Of a DNA stretch of 64,000 nt, positions 1 through 13,869 are shown piece after piece. The notes beneath the pieces are model-generated. The model searched no databases, was not told the DNA's origin, and was given only the letters and a program-made list of their open reading frames with translations. Source of the stretch: Octopus vulgaris (lineage: Eukaryota); assembly GCA_951406725.2 (NCBI GenBank), contig OX597827.1, positions 75,392,001 to 75,456,000 on the forward strand. Reading direction: 5' to 3'. The translations under genes and the position numbers were made by a program. Within the stretch, counting starts at the first letter, position 1. Each line of letters starts with the position of its first letter.

Positions 1-669
1 TGCCCAGCTTCTTGAACAATTATTTTCTAATGTAGTCTTGGATTGACCAAGACTATGTGAGTGGAATATGTCTGGTGGAAACAATGCAGAGACATTACAT
101 ATATATATATATATATATATATAGGTGTGTGGGACCTCTCTTAGCCCGACCTGAGATTCGAAACTGAATCTGTAAATTCTCCCTAGCCATACGATCTATT
201 GTTCTGTCAGGGATAAACGTTGATGTGTGTTTTCCACTTGACTCTTGACCTTTTCTGTGCCATGAAAAGTTGAAATAGATAATGAGTGACCTACTATTTA
301 GCTATTGTTATAAGGTATATCCATCTTTCAAGCTGGAATGTGTTATTATAAATACTGAGACCCTAAATGTTTTTTGTTTTGACCTTGTGCTGTCCCCTCT
401 GTGTCATGGCCTGTGTGCCGAATAAAAGAAAAGCAAACGATAGAGAGTAGGCTAAACGGTTCGAAATACTGTCTTGACAGAACTTCATGGAGGGACAGCT
501 AAGGAATTCACCAACGATACAGTTGTCCCGTTCACCACTCTCTTACTTTCTCACTCGCTCACTTTTGATAACATCACTTGATCTATTTAGTTACAGCTAG
601 AACGACAGGGAATTCTGGCCAGCAACTGTCAAACCATCCAACCCATACCAGTATGGAAGGCAGATGTTA

Positions 670-1800
670 TGTGTGGAAATATTTTCTTTAAATTGATAGA
701 CAAACATTTTCACACGCACATAGATAAGGCATTTGTTTAACAGGCACAACCCAGGAATCTCCTTTAATGACAGTAATGTAACATCAAACAGAAATATTAT
801 TGGCAGATTAAAGGTCGATGCGAGGCTGAAGGGGTCATCTCTGAGGCTATGGTGATACCTAGACCTAATATCCATAATGACAGTAATGTAACATCAAACA
901 GAAATATTATTGGCAGATTAATCAGGACTCGCACCAATACAGTTGCCACACCCAGAGATAATAACCAAGCCAGGACCAGCATCACCGAAGATCACAGTAC
1001 CACCGCCATGGATAATGAACAAACCATAGATGCAGATAGAGTGACCAGTACAAATGCCACACATGGAAATAACGACCTATCCAGAACCAATGACTTGAAG
1101 GAGATATCTACCATTCCCAGTTCCGCCACTGCAGATGAGGACCAAACATTCATCTTTGACGCCAATAGGATGACCAGCCCTGTGCCATATGTTACCAGGA
1201 GTGCGAATAGGGCCACATCCCATGTTTATAAATATACTGGTTCAGCAAGTACTTCATTTAAGAAACGTTTTCTTAACTACCAGTCATCTTTCAGAGTCCC
1301 AGAAAGAGTTTGTCATATCCCTGGCCTGCTATGTGTGGCATCTCAGAGATCAAGGGTCTCTGTGTGTTGTCAGGTGGAAATTAATTGATTATCTGGACCC
1401 ATATATTAATGAAAGTGGCCGTTACAAGATCTGCATCATGAAGAGAACCAAAATTATTAAAGTCTTTAAGAAGCCTGGCGCATTAAACAGCCATAAAGAA
1501 GTGTTTTCTAAATGTATCCATTTCAAATGCTACTTACTAGAAAATTGGATCTCCCTGTTTGCTTGTTAGGCTTCTCCAAGTCTGTTAAGAATTTTTTTCC
1601 CCTTCTGATTAAGAGGAAATAACCCGTACTCATTTATGTTTTTCCGTATTCATCGAGTTCTGAGCATTTCCTTATGTCTGTGATATAGATATTTTAAAAT
1701 TTTGTATATTCATATAAAGTCTGGTGAGCTGTCCACAAGGCTTGCCTTTGTAGGTACAAAACCTTCAGTAACTCTATGTAAAATTTTGTTGTTTTATATT
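670..1800 (+). mobile_element. Decayed Penelope-like retroelement 3' part (RT thumb/linker + GIY-YIG)
   Basis: Frameshifted GNIFFKLIDKHF..RHLFNRHN; YKYTGSASTSFKKRFLNYQSSFR; LACYVWHLRD..RWKLI..ICIM..LNSHKEVFSKCIH. Parallels the GIY-YIG C-terminus at 61867-62205. A ~46-bp duplication lies at 765-811/875-921. Confidence 0.7.
1713..1778 (+). ncRNA. Decayed hammerhead-like motif behind the Penelope remnant
   Basis: Stem I uauaaagu/acucuaug, core CUGGUGA (A6G), AAAA in place of GAAA, GUA at 1768-1770. Confidence 0.4.
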
Positions 1801-1819
1801 TATATATATAACAACAACA

Positions 1820-2204
1820 GGCACAAGTGTGGCTGTGTTGTAAGAAATTTGCTTCCCAGCCACACGGTTCTGGGTTCAGTCCCACTGCATGGCACCTTGG
1901 GCAAGTGTCTTCTACTATAACCTGAGGGCAACCAAAGCCTTGTGAGTGGATTTGGTAGATGGAAACATATACATACATGTGCATGTATGTATATACGTGG
2001 GTAGGTGTGTTTGTCCTTCATCACTGCTTGACAGCCAGTGTTGGTGTTTATGTCCTCATAACTTAGCAGTTCAGTGAAAGAGACTGATAGAATATAAAGA
2101 TAAAATATAAGTACTGGGGTCAATTTGTTCAAATGAAATTCAACAAGGCAGTGCCCTAGTATGGCTGCAGTCCAATGATTGAAACAAGTGAAAGAATAAA
2201 AGAA
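1820..2204 (+). mobile_element. tRNA-derived SINE family A (diverged copy)
   Basis: Head gtggctgtgttgtaag...ggttctgggttcagtccc, internal microsatellite, tail gaaacaagtgaaagaa; many other copies in the window. Confidence 0.8.
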
Positions 2205-4067
2205 TCTGTGTGTGTGTGTGATTATGCACGGCCTAGTTAGGGTGTTGCATTCACAATATGGTGATTGGGGTTTCAATTCCTAGACTGGGTGGTGCATTGT
2301 GTTCTTGAGCAAAACACTTCATCTCGTGTTGCTCTGTGATCACTTCAACATGTGGCACACAGTGAACCTGTCCAGACAGCATCGATTTCATGTAGGGAGT
2401 GAGTTGATGTGTGGCACGGACGTTTGGTCACTATAAAAGAAATCATTTGTGCAGGTCATTCAGCAAAAGCTGAACGCTCATATGCCGTCTTCCATAGGAG
2501 GGTCCTTCACATATGTATACATGTAAACATGCATACATGTGAGTGTTTATGTTCAGTGGTGTGTTGAATTGTTACCCTTTATCTCAAATGTATAACTTAG
2601 CTATTTGATAAAACAATCGTCAATATAAAAGCAAGTGCCCCAGTATGGCCACAGTCCAGTGATTAAGATAAGAGCTAAAATAATAGAATTACATTTGAAA
2701 AAAGCAAACTATGAGATAGTCATGACTGGAATGGTTTTCCAGATAGGTGGGGCTTAATCTAAGATCTGAAGTAGAGTCTACAGGGGAGAATCCTTCTGCT
2801 TGGGTAACAGTTATAGTCAAGTTATTCTTGTGGTTTAGCCTGAACTCAATGCTAAAAAAAAAAAAAGATTTGATCAAGCTATTGAGTTTTGAGTGGGTGT
2901 TGAGGGCAGGGACCTTTTTCTGATCTAGGATCACATTAAAACAATGCGTCATTTTTTTATAGTGCACTTTGACTGAGATTTATACAGACACACACACATA
3001 AACTTATATAGACACACACTCTCGCTCACAGGTATATCAAATATATGCATGGGTATGTAGGTAGGTAGGTAGGTAGATAGATAGATAAATAGACAGACAG
3101 ACAGCTAGCTAGATAGATAGCTAAATAGACACATAGACAGATATAAATAGACAGACAGGCAGATAGATACATAGACAGAGGCAAATAGATAGATAAAGAG
3201 AGAGAGAGAGTGACAGACAGATAGATAGATAGATAGATAGATAGACAGAGAGACAGACAGACAGATAGAGAGAAAAGGAGAGCGACAAACAGATAGATAG
3301 ATAGACAGACAGACAGAGAGGCAGATAGATAAATATAGACATACATAGCCCACACACAAACACATAGAGGAACCTGTGTGGTTCAGATGTTTGCTCTCCA
3401 ACCTCATGGTTTCAGCTCCAGTCAGACTTTATGGTACCTTGGGCAATGTCTTCTACTATAGCTCCAGGACAACAAAAGCCTTGTGGGTAGATTCAGTCGA
3501 CAGAAATTGAAAGAAGCCAGTTGTGTGTGTCCTAGCCTTGCCATTAGGTGATAGTTGTAAACGAGTGTCATTGTCATACAAGCAGTGTCAAGTCATTTCC
3601 ATTCTTTGGAGGAAATACGTGTGGCCATGGAGAAACATTACTTTGTTTTACAAACAAGGATTTGGAGCAGGGCAACAGGGAAGGCATCCAGCTGTAGAAA
3701 ATCTGACCCATGCAAGCATGGAAAAGTGGACATTAAAACAATGTTGAGGATGTGTGTGTGCACAGGATGGAAGAGGCAGCAAAAAGAGTCTTTTTCCCGT
3801 TGTGGAGCAAAAGAGAAGAGTTATGCTGAGAGCCAGAAGGAGTGATTGAGACACTGGACAATTGTTGGATACTGTCTGATGACATCAGTTCCTCCTGGCC
3901 AAAGTTCCATTCACTTTGGTGGGTGGAAAAGAAGCCCCTTCTTCTGGGTGTTATTAACAACATATAGATATACATATAATATACATTTACATTTGGTGTT
4001 TCCTTCTCGAGCCATGGCAGGCTCATAAGGACCAGTTTCCTGGTTTCAGTGGCGTACATATTCCCCT

Positions 4068-4478
4068 TACTCTTTACTCTTTTACTTGTTTCAGTCATTT
4101 GACTGCGGCCATGCTGGAGCACCGCCTTTAATCGAGCAACTCGACCCCGGGACTTAGTCTTTGTAAGCCCAGTACTTAATTCTATCGGTCTCTTTTTGCC
4201 AAACTGCTAAGTGACAGGGACATAAACACACCAGCATCGGTTGTCAAGCAATGCTAGGGGGACAAACACAGACGCACAAACATACACGCACACATATATA
4301 TATATATATACATATATATGACGGGCTTCTTTCAGTTTCCGTCTACCAAATCCACTAACAAGGCTTTGGTTGGCCCGGGGCTATAGCAGAAAACACTTGC
4401 CCTAGGTGCCACGCAGTGGGACTGAACCCGGAACCATGTGATTGGGAAGCAAGCTACTTACCACACAGCCACTCCTGC
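4068..4478 (-). mobile_element. SINE family A
   Basis: Reverse complement of the 48395-48820 copy. Confidence 0.85.
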
Positions 4479-4725
4479 ACCCATCTGGACAGGATGCTGA
4501 TCCTTCGCAGGGTTACTCATTTTTGCCAGCTGAGTGGACTGGAGCAACATGAAATGAGGTTTTGCTCAAGGACACATCACTCGGTCCATGAATCGAAATC
4601 TTACACTCATGCATCCAACACCCTAACCACTAATCCGTGCACCTCCACGTATTTAATAACAGTTTGACTCAGCTCCGTTACATATGTCATTCTTACCAAA
4701 TGTGTTGTGTGCTACTTTCTTTTGT

Positions 4726-4757
<32 letters not shown>

Positions 4758-5979
4758 GGTGTGTGCAAAATATAATAATGACAAGCAACAAAATAGTTGA
4801 GATATTTCAATTGTTTATTCACAATGAATTTCAGGTGAGAACCCTTAAGCTTTATGTTGTCTGTCAATCAATAACAAACGGATTGTCAAAACACTATACT
4901 GAACATTGAATATCTCGTTGACATAGATATGTGTGAGACAGTGTGATACAATTTAGCAAGCCTTGACACTCAAACAAGACACAAAATTTTAGAGGTGAAT
5001 TATGTAGCATTCCAAGGTAATAAATTACATGTGTCCCCACAAGGGCCATCAATTTGCATGTGTTCCTGTGAAGGTCATTTAAAGCCACTTCAGTAGCATT
5101 TTTTAAGCACATTTTAAATAAATAATGAAAACTGGTTATGATTTGATAATATAAATAAGTGTTTCTAATTTAGGCACATGGCCAGCAATTTTGAGTGGAG
5201 GGTGAGGCAAGTCAATACCATCAATCCCAGTACTTTACTGGTAATTTATTTTGTTAACCCTGAAGAGATGAAAGGCTGAGTTGACCTTGGTGGAATTTGA
5301 ACTCAGTGCTGGAAGTAAAACTATGAGGCCTTTTTTTTCTGGCACTGCTATGATTTTATCAGGTTACGAATTTAGAATGGGAATGGTCTCTCCCAGTACT
5401 TGACTGGTCCTTTTTTTTTATCAAGCCCCAGAAAAATGGAAGACAAAATGTGTCATGGCAGGAATTGAACTCAGAATGTTATGAGTTATAACCGAATGCT
5501 AAAATAGATTTCCATCTGCCTTTTCACGAACTCTGTCAATCCACTGACCATTGTAATAACTGAGTTCTCAGACAAACAGACACAAGGCCATAAGTTCTTG
5601 TGGAGGGGGTTCAGTCAATCAAATAGATTGCAGTACTTGTTCTTATTTTATCTAAAGTAGAACCACTTTTGGCAGGATTCAAACTCAGAACATACAGTGA
5701 TGTAACTAAATACTGCAAAGTGTTTTGTCCACCACTCTACCAGTTCTTTTAATCCACTGCCCTGTTTAATAATAATAATCATAACACCAACAACGATAAC
5801 AACTTCGGACAAAGCAAAGTCTTTAAGTTCAGAATGTAAATTTAGTGCATAAAACATGAGTTTTTAGTGAAAAAAAAGAACAACATGTGGGGGGAAAAAA
5901 AGGCAAAAATAAAAAAAGGAATTAATTAAAGTATAAATCATTGAAGAAGTCAGTGGGAAGAGGGATCATCCCTATGGCT

Positions 5980-6153
5980 TTAGACATCATACTCCAAATA
6001 CGTGGTGTACTGGCCTGTACCTTTGCCCTTCACATTCATATGTACTTTACCACCTTCTGCCATTTCTGGCCGACTGAGATCCACAAGTCCTTGGAAAACA
6101 CAATCTTCTACTTTTTGTAGTTCTGTCCACTCTCCACCAGCAGTCACCATCAC
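5980..6153 (-). CDS. Terminal coding exon (57 aa + stop) of the same KY/hillarin-like gene
   Basis: Absent from the ORF track. Acceptor ctttctaattacag|GTG, phase 0, translating to VMVTAGGEWTELQKVEDCVFQGLVDLSRPEMAEGGKVHMNVKGKGTGQYTTYLEYDV*. This continues ...PNAQQ in frame and gives the W-x-x-L...LEY ending typical of the family. Confidence 0.8.
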   Translation of the reverse strand: MMVTAGGEWTELQKVEDCVFQGLVDLSRPEMAEGGKVHMNVKGKGTGQYTTYLEYDV

Positions 6154-6785
6154 CTGTAATTAGAAAGGCAGATTCAATGATGTTGTTCCAACATCACAAG
6201 GCATTCATCATCATCTGCAGTTACTTGTTAGCACACATCAGGTCAGATCAAAGACAAACCAGTTCCACATCAAACAAGTAACACACTGCACATATCAATG
6301 AAACAATTTTCTACTTTAACCTTTCTAAACACAGACTCTCTAATCCCCAAGTCACTACAAATGCTACCAAACTCTACACCTACTGAGGATTGCTCCAGCT
6401 GGTCTCTCACATTCATGCATAACATAAGCAAAACTGCACCTCCTAGCCTTACACTTCAGAGCCAGAAAATCTTTCGCCCCAAGCAACCACTGATTCTGCA
6501 CAAACCCATAATGGTCTCATGTAGTGTTCCTACACCTGGAATAGAGTGATTGTTACACAAAAACTTCCTAGACCACATTCATCCCAAACGTATGATTGGT
6601 TGATAAGAAACCAACCACTAACACACTCCAACGTATAACCCCTGCACACACTGTCCTTACACTCTACTTTTTCTACCACAGCTAGATACTTGTATACTAT
6701 ATCCAACTAGTCTGAGAAACAGAATATTCAACACATGCTGTAGATTTTATTTCTCTGAAATGGATGATTCACTCCCCAGCCATTG

Positions 6786-6818
<33 letters not shown>

Positions 6819-8664
6819 ATGCATATATATATATGTATATGTATGTATATATATATATGTATATGTATGTATATATATATATGTGTGTATATATATATAT
6901 ATTGATATTATGTATTTGTCTGTATATATGTGTGTATGTATATATATGTGTGTTTGTGTGTATGTATGTATATATATATATATATATATACACGCACACA
7001 CACACATAATGTAATTGATATTGTTACACTTTATGTGACATACATGAGTTTCCACAATCCACTTGTTGTTATTATGCAAGCCAACTGGACTGTTGTGTAA
7101 TTTGATTGAAGAAATTATCACCAAAAAAACTACCATGCCATGCCTTCCAGCACACTTTCAAATTGTGTTAGTGTGTGTGAGAGAGAGAGAGAGTGAATGA
7201 TGAATATTCAGTTGTTTGATCAACTGACTGACTTGTTCATGTAATTAGTGTGTAAGCAGGCATTCTACCCACACGAACACCCTTAGCGTAATGACAAGCA
7301 GATTCACCATGACGCAATCTATGACAAACGAGAATTTTTCAGTTACAAGTATAATCCACCCAACAGACTTCTATCCCATTTTTATTTACAATGTTTGAGC
7401 TGACTCTATACCATAAGAAATTACTCTTGACCAAGATGCTATGTGGTGGAATTGAACCAGTGACTTCATTAGTATGAAGCAACCTTCTTAACCATTTGGC
7501 CATGCTGAGCCCATAAGTGTGTGTGTGTGTGTGTCAGTTTGTCCATTAAAAACAGCTGACACTTCTCACATAAGATGTCCTCTTCCTGTGCTGTCATAAA
7601 TAACTGAGAAAGACAGGAATTAAAACATGTCGTTGCCAAGAACGTAGGAATAAGTAAACGAAGGAAGTTAGTCAACGGCAAGAATGGAGTCACACCCATA
7701 ACATAGTTTAACAGATCAACATCCTGTCAGAAATTGCATCTTGTGTAAATCTCATCCTATACACACATGTACACATCTGTGTGTTGTGTGTGTGTGTGAA
7801 CGGATTGTTGGATCAATGAATGAGTGAATGGATGGATGGGTGAGTAGATGGATAGATGTGTATAAATCATTCTTCACCAGCCCCACCACTATCTATCCTC
7901 AACACCAAAACCAGTACAGCTGCTGCCATTACTAATTCACCAACTTCCTTATGACTAACACCAACTGCAACAATAGTGCAAATAAGATAAATAGTTCCAT
8001 CTACAATAAAGACAATAACATGAGATAATGTGGCGCCCCAGTGTATTTTGAAAGTTGATTGGAATCTCTCTGATCACAGAATTGACTTAAGACTAAACAG
8101 AAGCATCAATACAATTTACAAGAGCAATATGACCACCACCATCACTACCACCAAACCACCGATACAACCATCACCACCACCACTCCCTGTCCACCAACTT
8201 AAGAATAACCAACTGGAAACAACAATATTAATATCAGCAGGATGGCAATGTCTGTAGCTACATATGTTGTATGTCACTATGTGAGGGGGTGTATGTGTGT
8301 GCATGAGAGAGAGAGAGAGACAACAAAGAATGCAGTTTTTTTATGACTTAGTTAAGTGCTCATCAGTCTAGTAACTCATCAACTAACTGTAATCATATAG
8401 TACATCCTCCCACCTCACTCCTTCATTCTTTCATATTTTCATTTCAATTTTAAAGTCTATAAGAATAATTTGATTTTTGTTTTTTTGCTTTCACAAAGCA
8501 CTCCTATTACTACTTTCTTTTGTGACATAATTGTTGTGAATATTTGCTGATCACCACTGTTGTTAGATTGACCTACAACTTAAAATATCTGAAAAGAAAC
8601 CATCAACTGGAACTGAAGGCAGTAGTGTGAAAATGAACTGTAATGAGATCACACAGCATCTTAA

Positions 8665-9315
8665 CTCTTTAGCATTTAGGCCAGCCATATCCAGCCAAAA
8701 TATTCTGCTTGTTTGTTCAAATTGGACAGATCCAGCCTCTCACACCTACCCTACAATGTAATTCTGAAAATAAACAATCACATGATTGAAATCTCAAAAC
8801 TATGAGATAATGTTTTCTACTCTAGGCACAAGGCTTGAAATTTTGGGGGAGGGGGCCAGTCTATTAGATCGACCCCAGTACACAACTGGTACTTAATTTA
8901 TCGACCCTGAAAGGATGAAAGGCAAAGTCGACCTCAGCAGAATTTGAACTCAGAATGTAAAGACAGCCAAAATACCATGAAGCATTTCACCCGGCGTGCT
9001 AACGTTTCATTTTTTTTATTGCCCACAAGGAGCTAAACATAGAGGAGACAAACAGATTAAGTCGATTATGTTGACCCCAGTGCATAACAGGTACTTATTT
9101 AATCGACCTCGAAAGGATGAAAGGCAAAGTCAACCTCGGTGGAATTTGAACTCAGAACGTAACAGCAGACGAAATACCACGAAGCATTTCGCCCGGCGTG
9201 TTAACATTTCTGCCAGCTCACCACCTTCAAAACTATGAGATAATGCCATGATTAATTCTAAACAATGTGAATAAATAAGCATTACATTTGGCAGAGTAAT
9301 CTGAGTGCTAAAGGG
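8665..9315. mobile_element. TTAA-flanked MITE (piggyBac-type ends) interrupted by a SINE dimer
   Basis: ttaa|ctctttagcatt...gagtgctaaaggg|ttaa terminal inverted repeats. Confidence 0.6.
8813..9226 (-). mobile_element. SINE family B dimer with 19-bp TSD
   Basis: Two copies of the gtcgactttgcctttcatcctttcggggtcgat core; TSD tcaaaactatgagataatg at 8794-8812 and 9227-9245. Confidence 0.85.
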
Positions 9316-9419
9316 TTAAACTTGATCTTTTGAAAAACTTGATGCAAGAAAAAATGAAATCAGCCACACTGCTTGCACCATCTGCAGTGGGAGCATTATG
9401 TGACAAAAGAAAAAGCTAA

Positions 9420-9770
9420 GTGCTCAAGAAGCTACTCAAAAAGGCTGGCCAGGCAGCAAAAACCCTGCGAGAGTCAAGTCTGTTGGTTCGAGGAGCACAA
9501 CTATTCAACTCCATTCCGGTACATGTCAGAAATCTATCAGGATGCAGTGTGGAATCATTCAAATTGCAGCTGGATAGATACTTAAGCACCATTAGAGATG
9601 AACCCCATCTCCCAGGATATACACAACGAGCACAAACTGACTCAAACTCGCTCCTACACATGTCAAAATTAAACAGAGAATACAACCTGGCAACCACACC
9701 AGACTCTGAGGGTGGAGTCTTCGACTTGGCCTGAGCATGGACTCAAACTCAAATGAAATGAAATGAAATG
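9420..9770 (+). mobile_element. CR1-like LINE 3' end
   Basis: SSLLVRGAQLFNSIPVHVRN...VESFKLQLDRYLSTIRDEP is a typical CR1/L2-group ORF2 C-terminus; (TGAAA)n tail follows. Confidence 0.7.
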
Positions 9771-9809
9771 TTGACTGCTCAGACATTATTTTTTTTTATA
9801 GATATAATG

Positions 9810-10470
9810 TAAAGTTTAAAATCGTATGGCTTTTGAGCATATGAATTGAGGATTAGTTTCAGTGTAATTCAGCCAATTAAGCAGTGCGGAAATTAACAAA
9901 AAGTTTGATGATTTGCAGAAATAGGATAACGATTAAACATTTTCACACAAGTCTGGTTTGAAAGATTTAAGAAGCACTTGGATTTTCACTACAAATTTGA
10001 TTGATGAAACTGTTAGCGCTGATACCAAAGTTGCAGTTAATTATCCTAAGAAGCTGAAGTGGGTTCTACACCAGAGCAATTGTACAATGTTGATGAAGCT
10101 GCACTTTTCTAGAAGTGCATGCTTGTCCAAGCTGTTATTTATTGAAACGAAAATTCAAACTCAGAGTTTCAAAAAAACCATGTGACACTTCTGGGAAGAA
10201 ACGACACTGATGGTATGAAATTTAAGCCCTACTCTTGTATCACTCTTAAAGTCCAAGTGCTTTCAAGAGTTATTCAAAGTTTAATCTTACCTTTGATTTG
10301 GCATTCAAATTAGAAGGCTTGGATAACTAAGAGCTCTTTAGAAGAGTGGCTTACAAAAGATTTTTTATCCTACTGTAGAATGTACAGTGCAAGAATAATG
10401 TTTCCAACAAAATGTTGTTCCTTTTAGACAATTCACCAAGCTACCTAATAAATTTATATGAGATTTCTGT
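9810..10470 (+). mobile_element. Degenerate Tigger/pogo (DDE_1) transposase relic
   Basis: Frameshifted PEQLYNVDEAALF*K, WHSN*KAWITKSSLEEW and KMLFLLDNSPSY. Confidence 0.7.
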
Positions 10471-10892
10471 ACAGGATACATTCCATTCACGCATTTTATT
10501 CAACAGCTTGGGGGTCAATTGGTTAAATCAAAGCTCCACCTATATTTGATCATGGAGCTAAGCTGTAAGACTATATTCAGAACAGTGTAGTTGCAAAACA
10601 CTCTTCTTAACCAAACAGTCACTCTTGTGTGTACACATGAAGTTTCAACCTAAGACCTTTCCGATATTTCCTTGAAATAGCTTCCTCTTATGCTAACAAT
10701 TGTCCCAGAAGGTACTGAAGTTACAGCTATGTCAGAAAAAAAATCCTGTTAGTATCAACAGCATTTCATAGAGAACTACACAAATAGGTCGTGTGTGTGT
10801 GTATACATATATATATATATATATATGATATATATGAGCTGACATTATGAAAATTGGAACAATTCCAGAGCAGAGTCAGCTAGACTTTTATG

Positions 10893-10924
<32 letters not shown>

Positions 10925-11853
10925 GAACGGACTAAACAGCACAAGAGGAGACACATAGGATAAAGAATTGCTGAAGAAGTCACAGAGCTTAGAAAAAGGA
11001 CAAAGGGTTTTGGTCTAACAAAATGATTCTAGTACTTGTTCTATAGGCCACTTTTGCCAAATTGCTAAGTTACAGGAATGTAAACAAACCAACATCAGTT
11101 GTCAGCATGTATGCATAAATATAGCTATAGTTGTAACATAGATGTATAGTATATATACAGTATGTATTTAAACTGCATTTAATAGTGGGACCTGGATTGG
11201 TAGTTCCAGAGTTTTGAGGAGTGTGGGACCACTATTTTCCCGAGTGTACTCTGACCTGTTGTAGTAGCCCCTTTCAGGGTCCCAGCTATTGGTTAACAAG
11301 CATATGAACTAATAGCAGTGAAGGGCCTCTAGTTCTCATTAGAACTTCCTTCTAGGAGAAGGTAAACTCATATAAAAAAAAGATCCTGAAGTGCAGTTGG
11401 TCTCTGGCCGTCTCTAATCCTGTTCTGCCATCGGAGCAAATTGTGATGAAGATTGGATTCAGTGCTGGGAAAACACTTGATTCACTCAAAGCAAACATTT
11501 CTCAAACTCTTGGAATGTTTGCATAGACTTACAGAGTTTTGGAAGTGGTCTTACTGTACATGTTGACTTCCACCATGTGGGTGTGTATGCATGTACGTAT
11601 GCATCAGGAATTGTTTTCATATTAGACACATTGTATTGAAAGTACGAGTGTGCTTTAGTCTTTATCTTGTTGATCAAGGTTTCATCATATTTTTGTGAGT
11701 AACTTTCAGTCCTAATCCATCATGAAGGTTCCACACCTTTGTGATCTCATCTTCAGTGTAAAGTGATTCTGGTATATGTTGCTGTCTCTTTATAGTAGAC
11801 AAGGCTAATGTAATTGGTGTACACCTCACCATCAGAAATGAAATGTTAGACTG

Positions 11854-12861
11854 TTAATTACTAAATACACCATCATTTGAGTGGTTACTTTTGTTTGTGA
11901 CTTACCCTCTTGTTTATTTTAGTATTGTGCTGTGTTATGTGCACTGCTTTCTTCATTAACTGTCTAATTTATTCTGGATAGTATAGATGTATTTTTAACT
12001 AATGTTTCCTCTCATATGATGCAATAATAAGGTGTGCTCCCAACATGGACCCTGTAATGCATGATTCAGGTAAACTAGAACACGGTTGTGTTTTCATTAC
12101 ATCTATAGAATTTATGAAACTGATGCTATTTCTCTGAAACCTAAAACAACAAGGCTTGCAAACAGCTCACAGGAGTGTCAGAAAGCAAATTTAAACAAAG
12201 ATTCTAGAATCATTTGACCTTCTTTAAAAATGTCAAAACAAAAAAGAAGAAAAAAAAGATGAGAGCTACAAAATCAACCTTCAGCTGTGTGTTTAATCCC
12301 CACCTGGACGGGACACTAGTCTGTCGCAGGATTACTCATTTTTGCCAGCTGAGTGGACTAGAGCAATGGGAAATAAAGTGTTTTGCTCAAGATCACAATG
12401 CATCATTAAATTAACAGTTAATTAAAGGTTAATTTAACAGTTAATTAAAAGTTAATTTTGTAGCTCTCATCTTTTTTTTTGACATTTTTAAAGAAGGTCA
12501 AATGATTCTAGAATCTTTGTTTAAATTTGCTTTCTGACACTCCTGTGAGCTGTTTGCAAGCCTTGTTGTTTTAGGTTTCAGAGAAATAGCATCAGTTTCA
12601 TAAATTCTATAGATGTAATGAAAACACAACCGTGTTCTAGTTTACCTGAATCATGCATTACAGGGTTCATGTAGGGAGCACACCTTATTATTGCATCATA
12701 TGAGAGGAAACATTAGTTAAAAATACATCTATACTATCCAGGATAAATTAGACAGTTAATGAAGAAAGCAATACACATAACACAGCACAATACTAAAATA
12801 AACAAGAGGGTAAGTCACAAACAAAAGTAACCACTCAAATGATGGTGTATTTAGTAATTAA
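11854..12861. repeat. Long inverted repeat (~420-bp arms, ~165-bp spacer)
   Basis: Arm 11854-~12281 is the reverse complement of ~12447-12861, with about 5 substitutions, an A-tract indel and a frayed inner end. Confidence 0.95.
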
Positions 12862-13070
12862 AAGAAAAAAAATCTACAACATTTAATGGAGAATTATCAA
12901 AAGATATTACTCAGAGCAGAACAAAAAGGTGTGATTTTTGCATTAGACAGAAAAGTAAAATACTCAAAAGGGTTCAACCGAAATCCCTATTTAGAGACCA
13001 GATAAGATATTTGGGAAATCTGAGACATTCAAGAGGAAATAACTCACCCTACTACCTTAGTCATTGAATA

Positions 13071-13834
13071 TTGGGTTGGTGCAAAATTATTGCAGCTTTT
13101 TGTCAACAAATTTTTTCAACAAAAACAATAAAAATATTTAACAAAAACATCTTTAAATGACGGTCTGACGGTCTGCCAAGCAAATGGGAAGCAGTAATTG
13201 AAGTAGATGGTGAATATGGTGTCCCCTTTAAAATTTTCATTTTCAAAAAATTTTTATAGGCGTAAAAGTGGCTGTGTGGTAAGTAGCTTGCTTGCCAACC
13301 ACATGGTTCCAAGTTCAGTCCCACTGCATGGTACCTTGGGCAAGTGTCTTCTACTATAACCTCGGGCCAACCAAAACCTTGTGTGTGGATTTGGTAGATG
13401 GAAGCTGAAAGAAGCCCGTCGTATATATGTGTATATATATATATATATGTGTGTGTGTATGTGTATATATATGTGTGTGTGTATATATATATATGCGTGT
13501 GTGTGTGTGTGTATGTTTGTGTGTCTGTGTTCGTCCCCGCCAACATCGCTTGACAACCGATGCTGGTGTGTTTACATCCCCGTAACTTAGCGGTTTGGCA
13601 AAAAGAGACCGATAGAATAAGTACTAGGCTTACAAAGAATAAGTCCTGGTGTCGATTTGCTCGACTAAAGACAGTGCTCCAGCATGGCCGCAGTCAAATG
13701 ACTGAAACAAGTAAAAGAGTAAAGAGTATGGCCCGGAATAATCATTTAAAGATGTTTTTGTTACATGTTGTTATTGTTTTCGTTGAATAAAATTTGTTGA
13801 CAAAAAAGGCTTTAATAATCATGCATGAACCCAA
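13071..13834. mobile_element. Non-autonomous mariner derivative with long TIRs and a nested SINE A (13259-13727)
   Basis: ta|ttgggttggtgca...tgcatgaacccaa with ~90-bp imperfect TIRs; internal LPSKWEAVIEVDGEY mariner C-terminus. Confidence 0.7.
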
Positions 13835-13869
13835 AAGACTGCTGACTTAGGCAACATTTGGGTTTTCAG

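Noticed and set aside
849-1388. 179-aa T/S/N-rich ORF as a host gene
   Set aside because: It lies between Penelope thumb and GIY-YIG motifs and is frameshifted; treated as part of the retroelement.
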